64,000 bases of DNA from Rhina ancylostomus. Lineage: Eukaryota. How positions within the stretch are numbered: position 1 is the first letter of the stretch; each line of letters starts with the position of its first letter. Positions 23,831-36,510 of this stretch are shown in pieces. Below the pieces are notes generated by a model, which worked only from the letters and a program-made list of their open reading frames with translations, was not told where the DNA came from and ran no database searches. The position numbers and the translations under genes were made by a program. Where the stretch lies: assembly GCA_030265395.1 (NCBI GenBank), contig JARFYF010000056.1, positions 13,461,593 through 13,525,592 on the forward strand. The letters run 5' to 3'.

Positions 23831-25309
23831 TCCACAACTGACACGAGGCAAAAGCAGAATCAAGAAGCGAGTGTGGCAAAAAACTACAGTGGAATGTGGA
23901 TCAGCATACAATTGTGATAATGGGATCTCCGAAATGCCCTGAATGTTCCATACTTGAATTCCTGCATTTTTCCAACAGCAACCACTTGCATTTTTAAACA
24001 ATGTCCTTAGTGTGGTAAGGCATACCAGGCACTCCACAGGAACATAATCAGCAAAAACATCTACACTGACCCAGGTAAAAGACATTAGCTCACATTGCAA
24101 AAGATGAGCTTTTAAGAAGTGAAAGCACATTATGTTGCATTATTAGTTCCTCCGATTAATTTTAATATGCTTTATCTTTGATAACCAGCGCTAGAGAAAA
24201 GAATTTATATATGTGCCATCTTACTGTGGGATGAGATGGCTGGGAGCCAACATTCCTGTTCCTGGAGGAGGTGAAGTTATTAAGCAAACAGAATATTGAA
24301 AGATGTTTTAAACTGCAAGTCATTTGGAATCCATTCTGGAGTTGTGAGGAGATATGACTGCCTGTAAGACAGCTGAGAATACCCTTCTTGCTTCCCCTCC
24401 CCCATTGGTTACTATCTTGTGCTCTCTACAGACTTTAATGGTACATGATATGTGAAAACATCACGATGGGTCTTTAACTCATTGGAGTTTGGAAGAATGA
24501 GAGGCAGCTTATTAAAAGATGCAAGATCCAGAGGGGGATTGGCAGGGTGGATGCTTAGAGGATCTTTTCCCCAGTGGGGGTATCTAGAACTAACGAGCAT
24601 ACCATCAAGATAAGGCGTCACCTATTTAAGACAGAAGAGGATGAATTTCTTTTCTCAGAGGGCTGTAATCCTCAGGAACGCTCTATCTCAGAGAATTTTG
24701 GAGTTGAAATCACTGAATATATTCAATCTTCCTTGATGCAGACTGGGCAAGGAGGACAGATTTCTCTCCGTGAAGGAAATTAGGTTTTTATGATAGTTGA
24801 ATAATTTCAGTCACAATCACTGGTACTTTTGTTAACTTAAAACAAATTCCACAGCTGCCATGGTGAGATTCAAACTGATATCTTGAGGTCAGAAGTCCAA
24901 AGTTCTGGATGCTTGTCTGGTAACTTAACCCTACCCTGTAATGTGATACAACTGAAGGCACGTGAACACTGGGCAAATGCATCTGACGTTAAACAGGCAG
25001 TTCTCCTGATGGCCAGAAGAATTCTTCTGGGTTTGCAGGCAGCCTTTAAAGCTGTCTTGTCAGATTCCCCCACCGACAATGCAAGGAATAAAGAATCACA
25101 GACAGCCTGCTTCCAATCTGAGCAGGAATGTCAGTGAAAAGACTGTATGGCCCAAAATGCTAATAAAACCATCAGTACCAGGTAGTGAATATAAAAATGC
25201 TTAAGAATTAGAAGGGGCAGGTACAGGTAAGATGACAGTGCTCCACCACCATTCAATAAGATCCATTCAATCACATTTTCTTGGCCTGATCCCATATACA
25301 TCAATTATA

Positions 25310-25597
25310 AGATAAGATTTCTTTATTAGTCACATATACACCAAAACATACAGTGAAATACACCTTTGTAGTGTTCTGGGGGGCAACCCACAAGTGTTAA
25401 CATGCTTCCAGTGCCAACATAACATGCCCACAACTTCCTAATCTGTACGTCTTTGGAATGTGGGAGGAAACAGGAGCACCTGGAGGAAACCCACGCAGAC
25501 ATAGGGAAAACGTACAAACTCCTTGCAGTGGCGGGAATTGAACCCAGGTCGCTGGCACTGTAACAGTGTTACACTAACCACTACACTATCATGCCTG
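25310..25597 (-). mobile_element. Full-length V-SINE
   Basis: Reverse complement has tRNA head, V-domain and tail ending GTGACTAATAAAGAAATCTTATC. Confidence 0.88.
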
Positions 25598-27059
25598 CCC
25601 TTCCACTTGTATCTTAAATAAATCAATAGGAACCAATTTAATGGTCTAACTGAAGTGCTCAAATTGACAGGATTTGGTAAAGTAGATCAGGAATGAAAAA
25701 TTCTCTTTATGGATCATGGAATGAACAGCAGACGAGTCCAATGGAGACTGAAAATTGTGTCAGGGATGTGCAAGAGGCACAGGGAGAGAGGGCTAGAAGT
25801 TCTCTGAAAAGAACTGCACCCTGCACAGATAGTTTATCGAAACACAGCCTTAATTTAATGATCTCTTGGCAGTGGATTGGGCGAAGCAGTTTGCTTCAAT
25901 CCTGTGAAATCCTTTGGTTCTACCCTCCAAAAATACTCCTCCTTAGGGAGAAGTTGCCAGTCCTGAAACCTGTACTCAGCAGAGTGCCAGAGAAAGAGAC
26001 AGATAGAAAGAGCCAAAGGTGCTCCATGCACAGATGAGGTTGAGGTAGCGGTAGCCTGCAATTCGACCTTTAATTTATAATTTGCAACTCCTCAGGCAGA
26101 TTACACCCTGCACAGATGGTTTATACAGACACAGCTTTAATTAGGATATCTTGGTCCAGCCCACTCAATACCAAACCTTAAATTAAACTCCAGAATTTTA
26201 TAAGGTGGCAAACACCCATAAGCAGACAGTACCTCAACAGTTTGAGTATTGGGTTATAACAGGGAGGATTCGACATGAAGACTGCCTCCCTCTCAAAACC
26301 AGTCCAGGAAGCTAGATCAACTAGCAGTAATTTCACCCAAATCAGAGGCACCAGATGCAAGCTCAGAAGAAGGCATGCCAAGAGTAGTCATGACACCCAT
26401 TCTCCACCTCATAACTTTTCTTTCAATTGACCGCGGTGATGGAGCAAACAAAAAAAAACAGGCAGGATGATTACTGATCCAATGTCACCCATTCTACATG
26501 AATCATCTCAAGTTCAAGAACACTCAGGCTGAGACTGCATTGGTCATACTGAACACAAAATAAGTACAATTTTTCAGATCCTAATGCATTTGCTATTTTA
26601 GATTTTTAAGAGAAGTATTNNNNNNNNNNTCCCCTTCAATCCTCCCCGTATCCGTCATCCCCACCCACCCCAGCCCCAAGATGAACAGGACAAACTGCAG
26701 GACTAAGCCAGGCCAGCAGCTTCCTTCCCATGGGCAGAGCTGCCTGAGACATTCCACTATAATTGTGCATGTACAAATTCAGATTACAAAAGTTTTCACA
26801 GACACTTTCTGTTATGAATGTTGACAATGTCTTATTGGAAAACTGATAACTGCAGCATCCCACAGATTTATTCCTACTAAATCAAAAAAATCTGGTTTCA
26901 TTACAAGATACCACTTTATCCCATATTCAGAACTCAAATTCTTTTATTATTACATTTTAGTTATTATTTGAGATTTAAATCTCTTGCCTTCATTTTCTAA
27001 TATTTGGTCAATACAAGAAATGTATTTCCTTCTTTCCCACTTCTTTAATTTAGTTTATA

Positions 27060-27385
27060 TGATGTATTTTTCGTAAGAATGTTCTAAAGCACATTACAAC
27101 TAATGTAGTCAATGCTGTAATGTAGGAAATGCTGCAAGTCAATTTTTTCACAGCAAGATTCTATACATACTATGTGATGATAACCTGATAATTTTTATTT
27201 TAACAAGTTACGTTGATTGGGGAGTAAATATTGACCAGAACATCTCCCATCCTCTTCTAGGGAGAGTATTGGGATCTTTTTATGTTCATCTAGAGGACAG
27301 CTAGGACTTCAGTTTAATGCCTCAGCTAAAAAGATGGCACTCCCCAAAGTAGAGCACTTGGCTCCAGACCTCAGCATAGCCTTGG
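27060..27385 (-). mobile_element. Deu-domain SINE (degenerate)
   Basis: TGTAATGTAGGAAA..CACAGCAAGAT..TAAATATTGACCAG..TGGGATCTTT..AAGATGGCAC pattern. Confidence 0.6.
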
Positions 27386-27389
27386 ACCC

Positions 27390-27935
27390 AACAGATGAAT
27401 TAAAAAGCAAGCCAAGGCAGCATCTGACAGAATAGGACTCAGGGACTCTTGTAAAATTGGAGGCAATGGGCACAAAGGCAAAAAGCACTGTACTGACTGG
27501 TGTCACAGCTCCCACGAAAGGAAGATGGTTGCAGTTGTCGGAGGAAAATCATCCCAATCCCAAAACATCACTGCTGGAGTTCCTCAGCCCCAACCACATT
27601 CAGTCACTTCATCAATGATCTTTTTCCATTAGAAGGATGTCTGCTGTGATTGCAAAGTTCAAATCCATTCATAATTCAGACTATGAAGCAGTCCATGCCT
27701 GCTTACAACAAGACCTCGACAACATTCAGGTATGGGTTGATAAGGGGCAAGTAACATACTAGAAGCAATAACAATATCCAGCATAGAATGATCTAACTGC
27801 CTATCCCAGATGTACCATGACCAAGTCCCTGGTAAATCAACATTCTGGAGATCACTGACCAGCAACTCAACTGAATTAAATGTTACGGCAACAGACCTGG
27901 GCAAATGCTGGTCATCTTGTGGTGAGCAGACACCC
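27390..27935 (+). mobile_element. Non-LTR retrotransposon RT fragment (same family as 58440-59600)
   Basis: RKMVAVVGGKSSQSQNITAGVPQ..FINDL..LQQDLDNIQVW remnants. Confidence 0.65.
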
Positions 27936-30860
27936 TAAAACCTCTTAAATTATTAAAACTCAGTACTATACCGAAAATTTTGGTACATCAGGTGGTACTA
28001 GAAGCTTTAGTTCTACAGTTTGGGTTAGACATCATTTCTAGTCTGAACCTGCCAAATCCACTGCGCCATATCATGAAGTCCAAATGAAGTCAGTGACTTC
28101 TGTCTGTCTGCTGTGTAACAAGACTGGGGGAGTTAAAAAAAGACATGTAAATTGTCACATATGGGCAGTCCCTGGCACTTTCTAATGCTGAAGTAAACAT
28201 TGAAAGCTGTAGGCTAGAAAAATAACTGTAGGGAATAAACTCTTCCTAGTGTTTCAAACTGAAGTCATTACTCTCTCAGTAAAGTAATTGTTCTCTCTTA
28301 GATTAAAGACAACTCATTCAGCTGACATGTGCCAATGCAAACAGTCCCAATGTATGCTAATTTGTAATCTATCTCACTGCCCAACAATAACATTGTGGCT
28401 AAGTTACTTGACTGCTATCTGGAGAGAGAGGCTAATGCCCCAAGAACACAAATCTCACCAGGATAGCTTCAGAATTCAGATTTGGTTAAGTAAACCAGGA
28501 ATTAAAAGTGATAATTTTAGTGATAATGGTGATCACAAACATGCAGTCTTGTCATAAAAAGCCCATTGGCTACACTAATGTCCTTTAGTGAATGAAATCT
28601 GAAATCCTTAGCTGGTCAGCTCCATTCACAACTTGAGACCCACAGAACCTGGTCAACTCTTAAATACCCTCTGAAGTGCTCCACCAGCAACATCCACTAC
28701 TGGAAGTGAATAAAAATGCTTTCACTTCTTTGTTTCATCTCCCAATTCCCTTCTTATTTTAGTTGCTCTTAACTGTACCTTTCTTCACCCAGCTCTTCAA
28801 AGCCCTTTGCTCGGCAGGGCTCCATTGACACAGACAACAGTTGAGGTCCATCCTAACTGTTCAAAAGAGTAGGGAGGGTGACAACAATTTGATCAGCCAA
28901 ACAAAATGGAAGGAAAACCCAAAAAGGAGGCAGGCCAGCCCCAAAAGGAAAAATAAACTGCTGTTTGCAAGTCACAATGAGACAGCACAGAAACTGCTCC
29001 CAACCAGGAAGGAAATGTCATCACATTCAACTGTCAGGGAGCCTCACACCTCAGCCCATCCACCACCCAAAGGAAAGACAATATTGGAACATGATGCAAT
29101 TACAGAAATCTGGTTTAAAAGCTAGAGACAAGTGGGCAGAGCCATCAAAGAGCGTGGACATCATTTTAATACATTACAGGCAAGCAAGTATCAACACACT
29201 AAACCATAAGCATTTACTTGCGCATATGAAAGAGTTAGATTGTAGATTCACACTGAATCAGATACTGTGCTTTCTAAATTAGTATGGGTGTCACTCCCAC
29301 CCATGACTGACCTAGTCCATCAACATCTTTAATTTTAAAATTCTCAACCTCTTGCTCAAACTCCACTCCCCCCCCCACCCCAGTCCAAAGCTTCAAAATC
29401 TCTGCAACCCTGGCCGACTGCCCATTCCCTTCATCCCACCACTGGTGACTAGTCTAAGCTCCAGCACTTCCTCCCAAATCTTTGCCTCATTACTTCCCTT
29501 TCAAATGCTAATTCATGAGCAAGCTTTTGGAGAAATGTCTTAATGTGCCTTGGTGTCATTTGTCGTCTGATTACGTTTCTGTGAAGTACACTGTGATGCT
29601 TTATCATAGGGTGCCAAATCTATACAAGTTATTGGTGCTGTAAGCAAATATGTCACGGATCAGAATTTGGACAATACTGAATGAGAGTTCAGTTTGCTGC
29701 CAACTTTGAGAGTATTATTACAGCAGGAGGCTACAGCCAGTCAGGTTTGCACATTTTGTCAAAATACACCAATATATTTATTTATTCTGCTAATAAAATG
29801 ATAAATAATTTCACCACACAGAGAATAAACTAAGTGTGAATTACTGAGAAGCATCATCCTCTTGATTGTGGGAATAGAGCAGGAGACCCAAGGTCCATAC
29901 CTTGGAGTCTAAACAGACATTTCCATTCATTCCTGCCTCTTGGGTGCTAATGGTAACAAATTATAGTTTTGCGATTTTAAACTAAATCGTAAAGAGAGGA
30001 TAGGCACCTTTCACTTCAAACCACCAGCATTAAGCACTGATCAAAATCAGAACCATTAACAGAACCAGGAATGATTTACCTGGCTGTTGAGGGTCAGAGT
30101 GACTTTACCCAATAAATGGGGATTATAGAGTATGAGGTGGGTCAATTTTAGTGACAGTGGAGAATTTATTCTCAGTGTTCAAATTGAGTGATCCCAATCA
30201 GAAAAGCCAGTAGAGATTTAGCACACCATCTAAATGAGTTTTTTGGGCTAGATTGTCAAGACTGGAAAATATTCCCTTTTGTTCACAACCACCAAGAGAT
30301 GGGGCAGAGTGTGCCAACATCTGACTTTACTCAAGAACATCATGAGTAACAGAGAGGAAACTTTGAGCACATTACCAAGGTCCTTTCACATAAACAAAAT
30401 CTCTCTTGACCCAGCACCACTCTCCTTACCAAATCTTAATATTGTGGCTTGTCACTTCCAGAATTTGGGACTTCAATCTTTCTGCTCTCTCACCACATCC
30501 AAGCCCAGTGATCAGCTCCAGTGAAGATCCCTGCCTATGGTCATTCACTACTCCATTAATCAGTAGAGTCGAAGCTTTTAGTTACTGAAACTCTGTCCTT
30601 CAAAACTCTTTCCCAAAACCATATCCCTTTGGCACTCGCAATCTTCATTGGAAAAACCTCTATTTAACCTTACTTTCATTGCTCCCTTTCTCTGCCATTC
30701 TCCTGCCAAGGCTGGTTCTGTACATGCATCGTATTTCCTACTCTTATAATATGCTGTCTGACAGAGAGCCACAAGAATGTTACTTTGTTATTGTGTAGGA
30801 CTCAAACCCAAGTGTTGAAAAGAATGAGCATCATCTTTCTTCAGAGTCGAGCTCTATGAA

Positions 30861-30910
30861 TCTTATTTCAGATTTGTTTCTCTTATTTCTGATTTGTTTC
30901 TCTTATTTCT
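30861..30910. repeat. 20-bp tandem repeat, about 2.5 copies
   Basis: TCTTATTTC(A/T)GATTTGTTTC repeated. Confidence 0.85.
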
Positions 30911-30919
30911 AAATTCAGG

Positions 30920-31285
30920 AAATGCATTCCACATTGCAACAGCCTCCTGTGTTAAAAATAATTTGCTCGTGCTGCCTCTGGCTCTTTTCCTAAATCTGCG
31001 TGCCCAGCTTCTGACCTCTCTGCCACTGGAAACTTTCTCCTCACTGACTACAAAACCATTCATGATCTTGAATACATCAATTAAACTTCCTCTTAACATT
31101 CTCAAAAGAATGATCCCATCTTTTCCCACTCTCTTCCCATAACTGAAGACCCTTGTACCTAGTAAATCATTTCTGCATGCTTCGAAAAGCCTGGCACTCT
31201 TCCCAAGTCATGGTGAGCAGAAATAAGCACAATGCTGCAGCTGAGGTCTAAATTGTGCTTTATAAGAGTTTAGCACAACTTTGTC
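30920..31285 (-). mobile_element. CR1 3' fragment (degenerate)
   Basis: LRGSLIDVFKIMNG..FLTQEAVAMWNAFPE. Confidence 0.7.
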
Positions 31286-31997
31286 TGCATCAGTAAAGAA
31301 AGGCAAAGCTCAAGGAAATGGGCCATGGAAGAAGGTTTAAGTAACTTCTTGATTTAAAAACCTTTGAAAAGAATACAGTGAATGGTTTCAAAAAAAAAAG
31401 ACAGGTTATAATAATATGGAATGGTCTACCAAAGAGCCCACAAGGAAGCACAGAGGCTATAACCTCACTTCTACTAATTAACCAGTTTTTTTTATATAAA
31501 AGGAAATAATATAAATGAGCAGGGTAAAGGCAACTGATTAAGAACTGATGGCTTTATTGGAAAAGCTGACACCAACACGAAGCTCCTGTATTGGAACCAG
31601 GCAGCACTGGATTAACTTCACCCATCCAATTCCCTCAGCATGGACCCGGTGTGTGCCTCAGTGTCAACCTCAAGAGCACTCTGCCAGTGGCATTCGTGTG
31701 CTATTCCTGCTTGTATTGCCCATTCTGCTGTTCCACCACTTTGATTCCAGAACAGGGAAATAATCAACTTCAGAGTGAGGATGAAACAACTTTTCCACAA
31801 AACTTCGCTTCTTCCTGTGGTGCTGGAACACACCAATTAAGTGGTTTTGAAATGGTGGTTATGTCTGAAACACAGCAGCCATTTTCTGCAGAGCAGGTTC
31901 TCATTAAAAAAAAAAGCACAATATTGATCGGGGTATAAATATGGGCAAGGACACCAGGGAGAACAGTCCTGTTCTTCAAAATAGGGCCATTGAATAC

Positions 31998-32180
31998 TTT
32001 AAGCAGGTGCCAATCAATATTTGGGAAGTTGACGTCTCCCATGATAACAACCCTGTTATTTCTGCACCTTTCCAAAATCTGCCTCCTGATCTGCTCCTCA
32101 GTATCCTTGCTGCTACCAGGGGGCCTATAGAATACTACCAGTAGAGTAACTGCTCCTTTCTTGTTCGTAACTTCCACCTA
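31998..32180 (-). mobile_element. CR1 APE-endonuclease fragment
   Basis: EVTNKKGAVTLLVVFYRPPGSSKDTEEQIRRQILERCRNNRVVIMGDVNFPNIDW. Confidence 0.85.
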
Positions 32181-32744
32181 TACTGAGAAGTTAGATCCCT
32201 CTAACAGACAGCTAAAGAGTGGCACATGAAGATCTGAACATCTTGGACCTCATGGAGGCATTAGTCCTTGTCACTTAGTGCAAGGCTGGGAACAATATCC
32301 GACCCTATGATAACTGCAATCACAGAAAATCTGGAAAAAGTTGATAGAATATGAGCCACTATGTAACCTTCCTAAAATGTCCACAACTTAACCTTCTAAA
32401 ATGTCTACCAAATAACCTGCTAAAATTTAGGTTGTGAATTAAGTAATAACTCTAAGCTATATTTTAACCTGCCAATCACTTAGGCAATAAAGTAATAACT
32501 ACCCTTAAGTGGTTGATGATAGATGATTTTAACAGAAACAGATTACCAAATCAAATTTAGTCATCGAAGACCCTTAAAGACAATTGCTTTACCTTTAGTT
32601 CACAATTGAGTTTATATAGCTAATATTTGATCTTCGCTGTAGAGGTGCTTTTGGGGGTTATCTTGTGTCTCTGTTTAGAACCTTGGTAGCCACCATTTTT
32701 GTTGATCTGCTAAAGGACAGGAATTTTTTTTGTATGTTATAACA

Positions 32745-34223
32745 TATTGGTGACAAGGAAAATTGTTCCCAAAGTAAAAAAAAAGTGGAGAAGGAAAGTC
32801 TAACAACTGTTTGATTTAAAAATATAATAAAGGCAAATGTCAGGAGGCTTGATTATGGCATTTGACTCTCAAACCCAGACTTGGGAAGAATACTGTTACA
32901 TTTCTGTGCTGCAAACAAAATTGACAATGATAATAAACAAAGGTCTCTTCCTATCAAGTGTGATGGAGGTTCTAACATAACACTAGTTGAGAAATCCACT
33001 GAATGGGAGAAATATGGTAGTAAAGTATATATGGAACTGGTGGATTTGTTGAAGAATCAATGTAATCCAAAACCAAAGAAGATGATGCAAAATCTTGCTT
33101 TGATTCATAAAGGAACATAATGGAGCAGTGGCTGAGATTGCATCTAAACTGAGGAATTTATCACAAAATTGTAATTGTGGAGCACATTATCTCAGATGCT
33201 AAGGGACAGGTTGGTGTACAATATCAGTAAATAGTACATTCATGCGCAATTGTTATCTGAATTTGAAAACTGCAGTCGAACCAGAATTGGTAATAAGAAA
33301 CATACAGGAATGGCAAGTAAGACAGCTTTTCGTTAAGACAGTGTGCACACATGACAAGCAACAAAAGATACTGTTCCAAAACAAACTGAACATTTTTCAA
33401 AGGGTAAACAAAGGCTGTTACTGCTGTGGAGGGAAACGTATGCCATCTGAATGCTGGTTCTGGCAAGAAATGTGTCACCTATGTGGTTTAATAGACCACA
33501 TCACAAGAGACTATAGAAATAAGTATAAAATAAAGTTCAGCATACAAAATGAAAGTGAGAAATTTTGCAGAAGGTCCTCCAAATTTCTCAGGTTTCCACC
33601 ATTCTCACCACATAAAGGAAGCAAATGATGACTGTAATAGAGATAGTATTCACATTGAAAAAGGGGATGTCTCAATAAAATAAAACCACTGATTGTTATC
33701 ATGAAAATGAATGGCAGAGACATGAAATTTGAGCCTGATACTGAGTGCAGCATTACACCAGTTTGGTAGCCAGAAAACAGTATACCTTAACTTAAGCAGG
33801 TACTGCTAAATCTGAAAACCTAAACATTTGATAGCATTGAAGAAACTGGAATTGCTGATGTGATATTGATGTACCAAAAACAGATTAAAATATTGGTGCC
33901 GGTAGTTGTTGCTGCAGGTTCTGGTGCACACTTACTGGGAAAAGGTTGGCTGAAAGAAATTCCCCTGGTTGGAGGAACATGCAAAGGGTTAAGATGGATG
34001 AGGCTGGAACATTGCAGGAGGTGCTAAGGACACAGGAAGAGGTTTTCAAAGGGCATGTTAAGGGTACCCATGCCAAATGATCTTGATGCTCCATTGTGGC
34101 TCTTCAAGCCAAGGTCAGTGCCTGATGCAATGAAAACAAAACTGGAGGCAGAGATTGACTAGCTTCTCAGAGGAAAAAAATAAGTACTCTGGGCAGTATT
34201 AAAGTTGATGGATCCATCAAGAT
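32745..34223 (+). mobile_element. Degenerate Gypsy LTR retrotransposon (Mag-like): PBS, gag, protease, start of RT; runs into gap
   Basis: ...ATAACA then PBS-like TGGTGACAAGG (32748-32758); gag FDSQTQTWEEYC, HFCAANKID, LVDLLKNQCNPKP, MLRDRLV; two zinc knuckles CYCCGGK..C / CHLCGLIDH; protease MKFEPDT; KVDGSI at RT start. Confidence 0.8.
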
Positions 34224-35084
34224 NNNNNNNNNNNNNNNNNNNNNNNNNNNNNNNNNNNNNNNNNNNNNNNNNNNNNNNNNNNNNNNNNNNNNNNNNNNNN
34301 NNNNNNNNNNNNNNNNNNNNNNNNNNNNNNNNNNNNNNNNNNNNNNNNNNNNNNNNNNNNNNNNNNNNNNNNNNNNNNNNNNNNNNNNNNNNNNNNNNNN
34401 NNNNNNNNNNNNNNNNNNNNNNNNNNNNNNNNNNNNNNNNNNNNNNNNNNNNNNNNNNNNNNNNNNNNNNNNNNNNNNNNNNNNNNNNNNNNNNNNNNNN
34501 NNNNNNNNNNNNNNNNNNNNNNNNNNNNNNNNNNNNNNNNNNNNNNNNNNTGCATGTTTGTGGCCTAGAGGGCCATTACAGGAATCTGATTGGGTAAAAA
34601 AAAGGAGCAAGAGTTGCCATCTCCTGCAAGTTGCATGGTAGAACAGGGTGAAATGGGTGGGTGGGGGTGGGGGGGCAGGGGTTCATGTGGTTGGGATAAA
34701 GACTTGCGATCCACTGTTTGCTGCCCTGGTGTTGAAATCTCACAGAAAACCAAAATGCCCCACTGGTAAATCACAGGGATCATGGGACATTGTAACCTCA
34801 ACCACCAGTTATCCATCTGCTTCACTTTCAGTCAGAGTTTTCATACACCAAAGCCTTACAGGGGATTCTCCCTATTGCTCAGCTGCTTATATTAATGCTG
34901 AATCCTTCTCTTAGGGATAAAACAGTGTACCTGACATTCCATGTTACACCAGCATGTTGCACTGGGTATCCTGTACATCAATCCAAGGCCCAAATCTGGT
35001 TTCTAGGCAGCTGGCAATTATTAAAATAAAACAAATGCAGAAAATGCTGTAGATAGATAGCAGGTCAGGCAGCCTCTGTGGAGA

Positions 35085-36510
35085 GAACACAAGAATCCAA
35101 GAAGTAGGAGCAGAAGTAGGCCATCTGGCCCATCGAGCCTACTCTGCCATCCAAAAAGATCATGGCTGATCTGGACTCAGACCAACCTATCTGCCTTCTC
35201 CCCTCATAACTCTCAAATCTCCTACTATGCAAAAACCTATCTAACTGTGTCTTAAATATATTTAATGAGGTAGCCTCTACTGCTTCTGTGGGCAGAGAAT
35301 TATACAGATTCACTACTCTCTGGGAAAAGCAGTTTCTCCTCTCAGTTCTAAATCCATTCCCCTGATGTCTCCTAGTTCTAGTCTCATCTACCAGTGGAAA
35401 CAACTTTCCTGCCTCTATCTTTTTTATCCCTTTCATAATTTTATGTTTTTATCAGATCCCCTTTCATTCTTCTGAATTCCAGCAAGTACAGTCCCAGGTG
35501 ACTCACTCTCTCTTCATAGAGCTAACCCCCTNNNNNNNNNNNNNNNNNNNNNNNNNNNNNNNNNNNNNNNNNNNNNNNNNNNNNNNNNNNNNNNNNNNNN
35601 NNNNNNNNNNNNNTCACGCAGTACTCCAGGTGCAGCCTCACTAGTACCCTGCACAGTTGCAGAATAACCTCCTTGCTCTTAAATTCAATCCCTCTAGCAA
35701 TGAAAGCCAACATTCCATTTATCTTCTTGATAACCAGTTGTACCTGCAAACCAACCTTTTGTGATTCATGCAGCAGCACTCCCAAGTCCTTCTGCACAAC
35801 AGCATGCTGCAATCTTTCACCATTTAAATAATAACCTGATCTTTTATTTTCCCTTCAAAAGTGGATGACCTCACATTTGCCCATGTTGTACTCCACCTAC
35901 CAGATCCTTGCCCACTCACTTAACCCATCTATACCTCTCTGCAGACTCTCCACATCCTCTGCGCAATTTGCTTTTCCACTCAATTTAGTGTCATCAGCAA
36001 ACTTGAATATGCTACACTCCATCCCCTCTTTCAAATCGTTAACATATATTGTGAACAGTTGCAGGCCCAGCACTGACCACTGCGGCACCCCACTCACCAC
36101 TGATTACCAACCAGAGAAACACTCATTTATCCCAACTCTGTGCCTTCTATTAATTAACCAATCCCCTATCCATGCCAATACATTACCCCAACTCCATGCA
36201 TCCTTATCTTATGGATACGTCTTACGTGGCACCCTATTGAATGGAAATCCAAGTATACTACACTTCCTGGAAATCCAAGTATACTACATCCACCCCTTCC
36301 CCTCTATCCACTGCACTTGTTACATCCTCAAAGAACTCCAATAAGTTTGTCAAACAGGACCTGCCCTTCCTGAATCCATGCTGTGTCTGCCTGATAGAAC
36401 CACTCCTATCCAGATGTCTCATTATTTCTTCCTTAATAATAGCTTCAAGCATTTTCCCCAACTACAGATGTTAAGTTAACTGGCCTATAGTTACTTGCCT
36501 TTTGCCTAAA
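35085..36510 (-). mobile_element. Relatively young CR1 LINE, 3' 1.4 kb (RT domain + 3' UTR)
   Basis: QHGFRKGRSCLTNLLEFFE, VYLDFQ, SGVPQWSVLG, FADDTKL, LVRLHLEYCV. Confidence 0.92.

Noticed and set aside
33242-33628. 128-aa Cys-rich ORF as a zinc-finger gene or domesticated gag
   Set aside because: Part of a decayed Gypsy gag with degenerate knuckles and broken flanking frames
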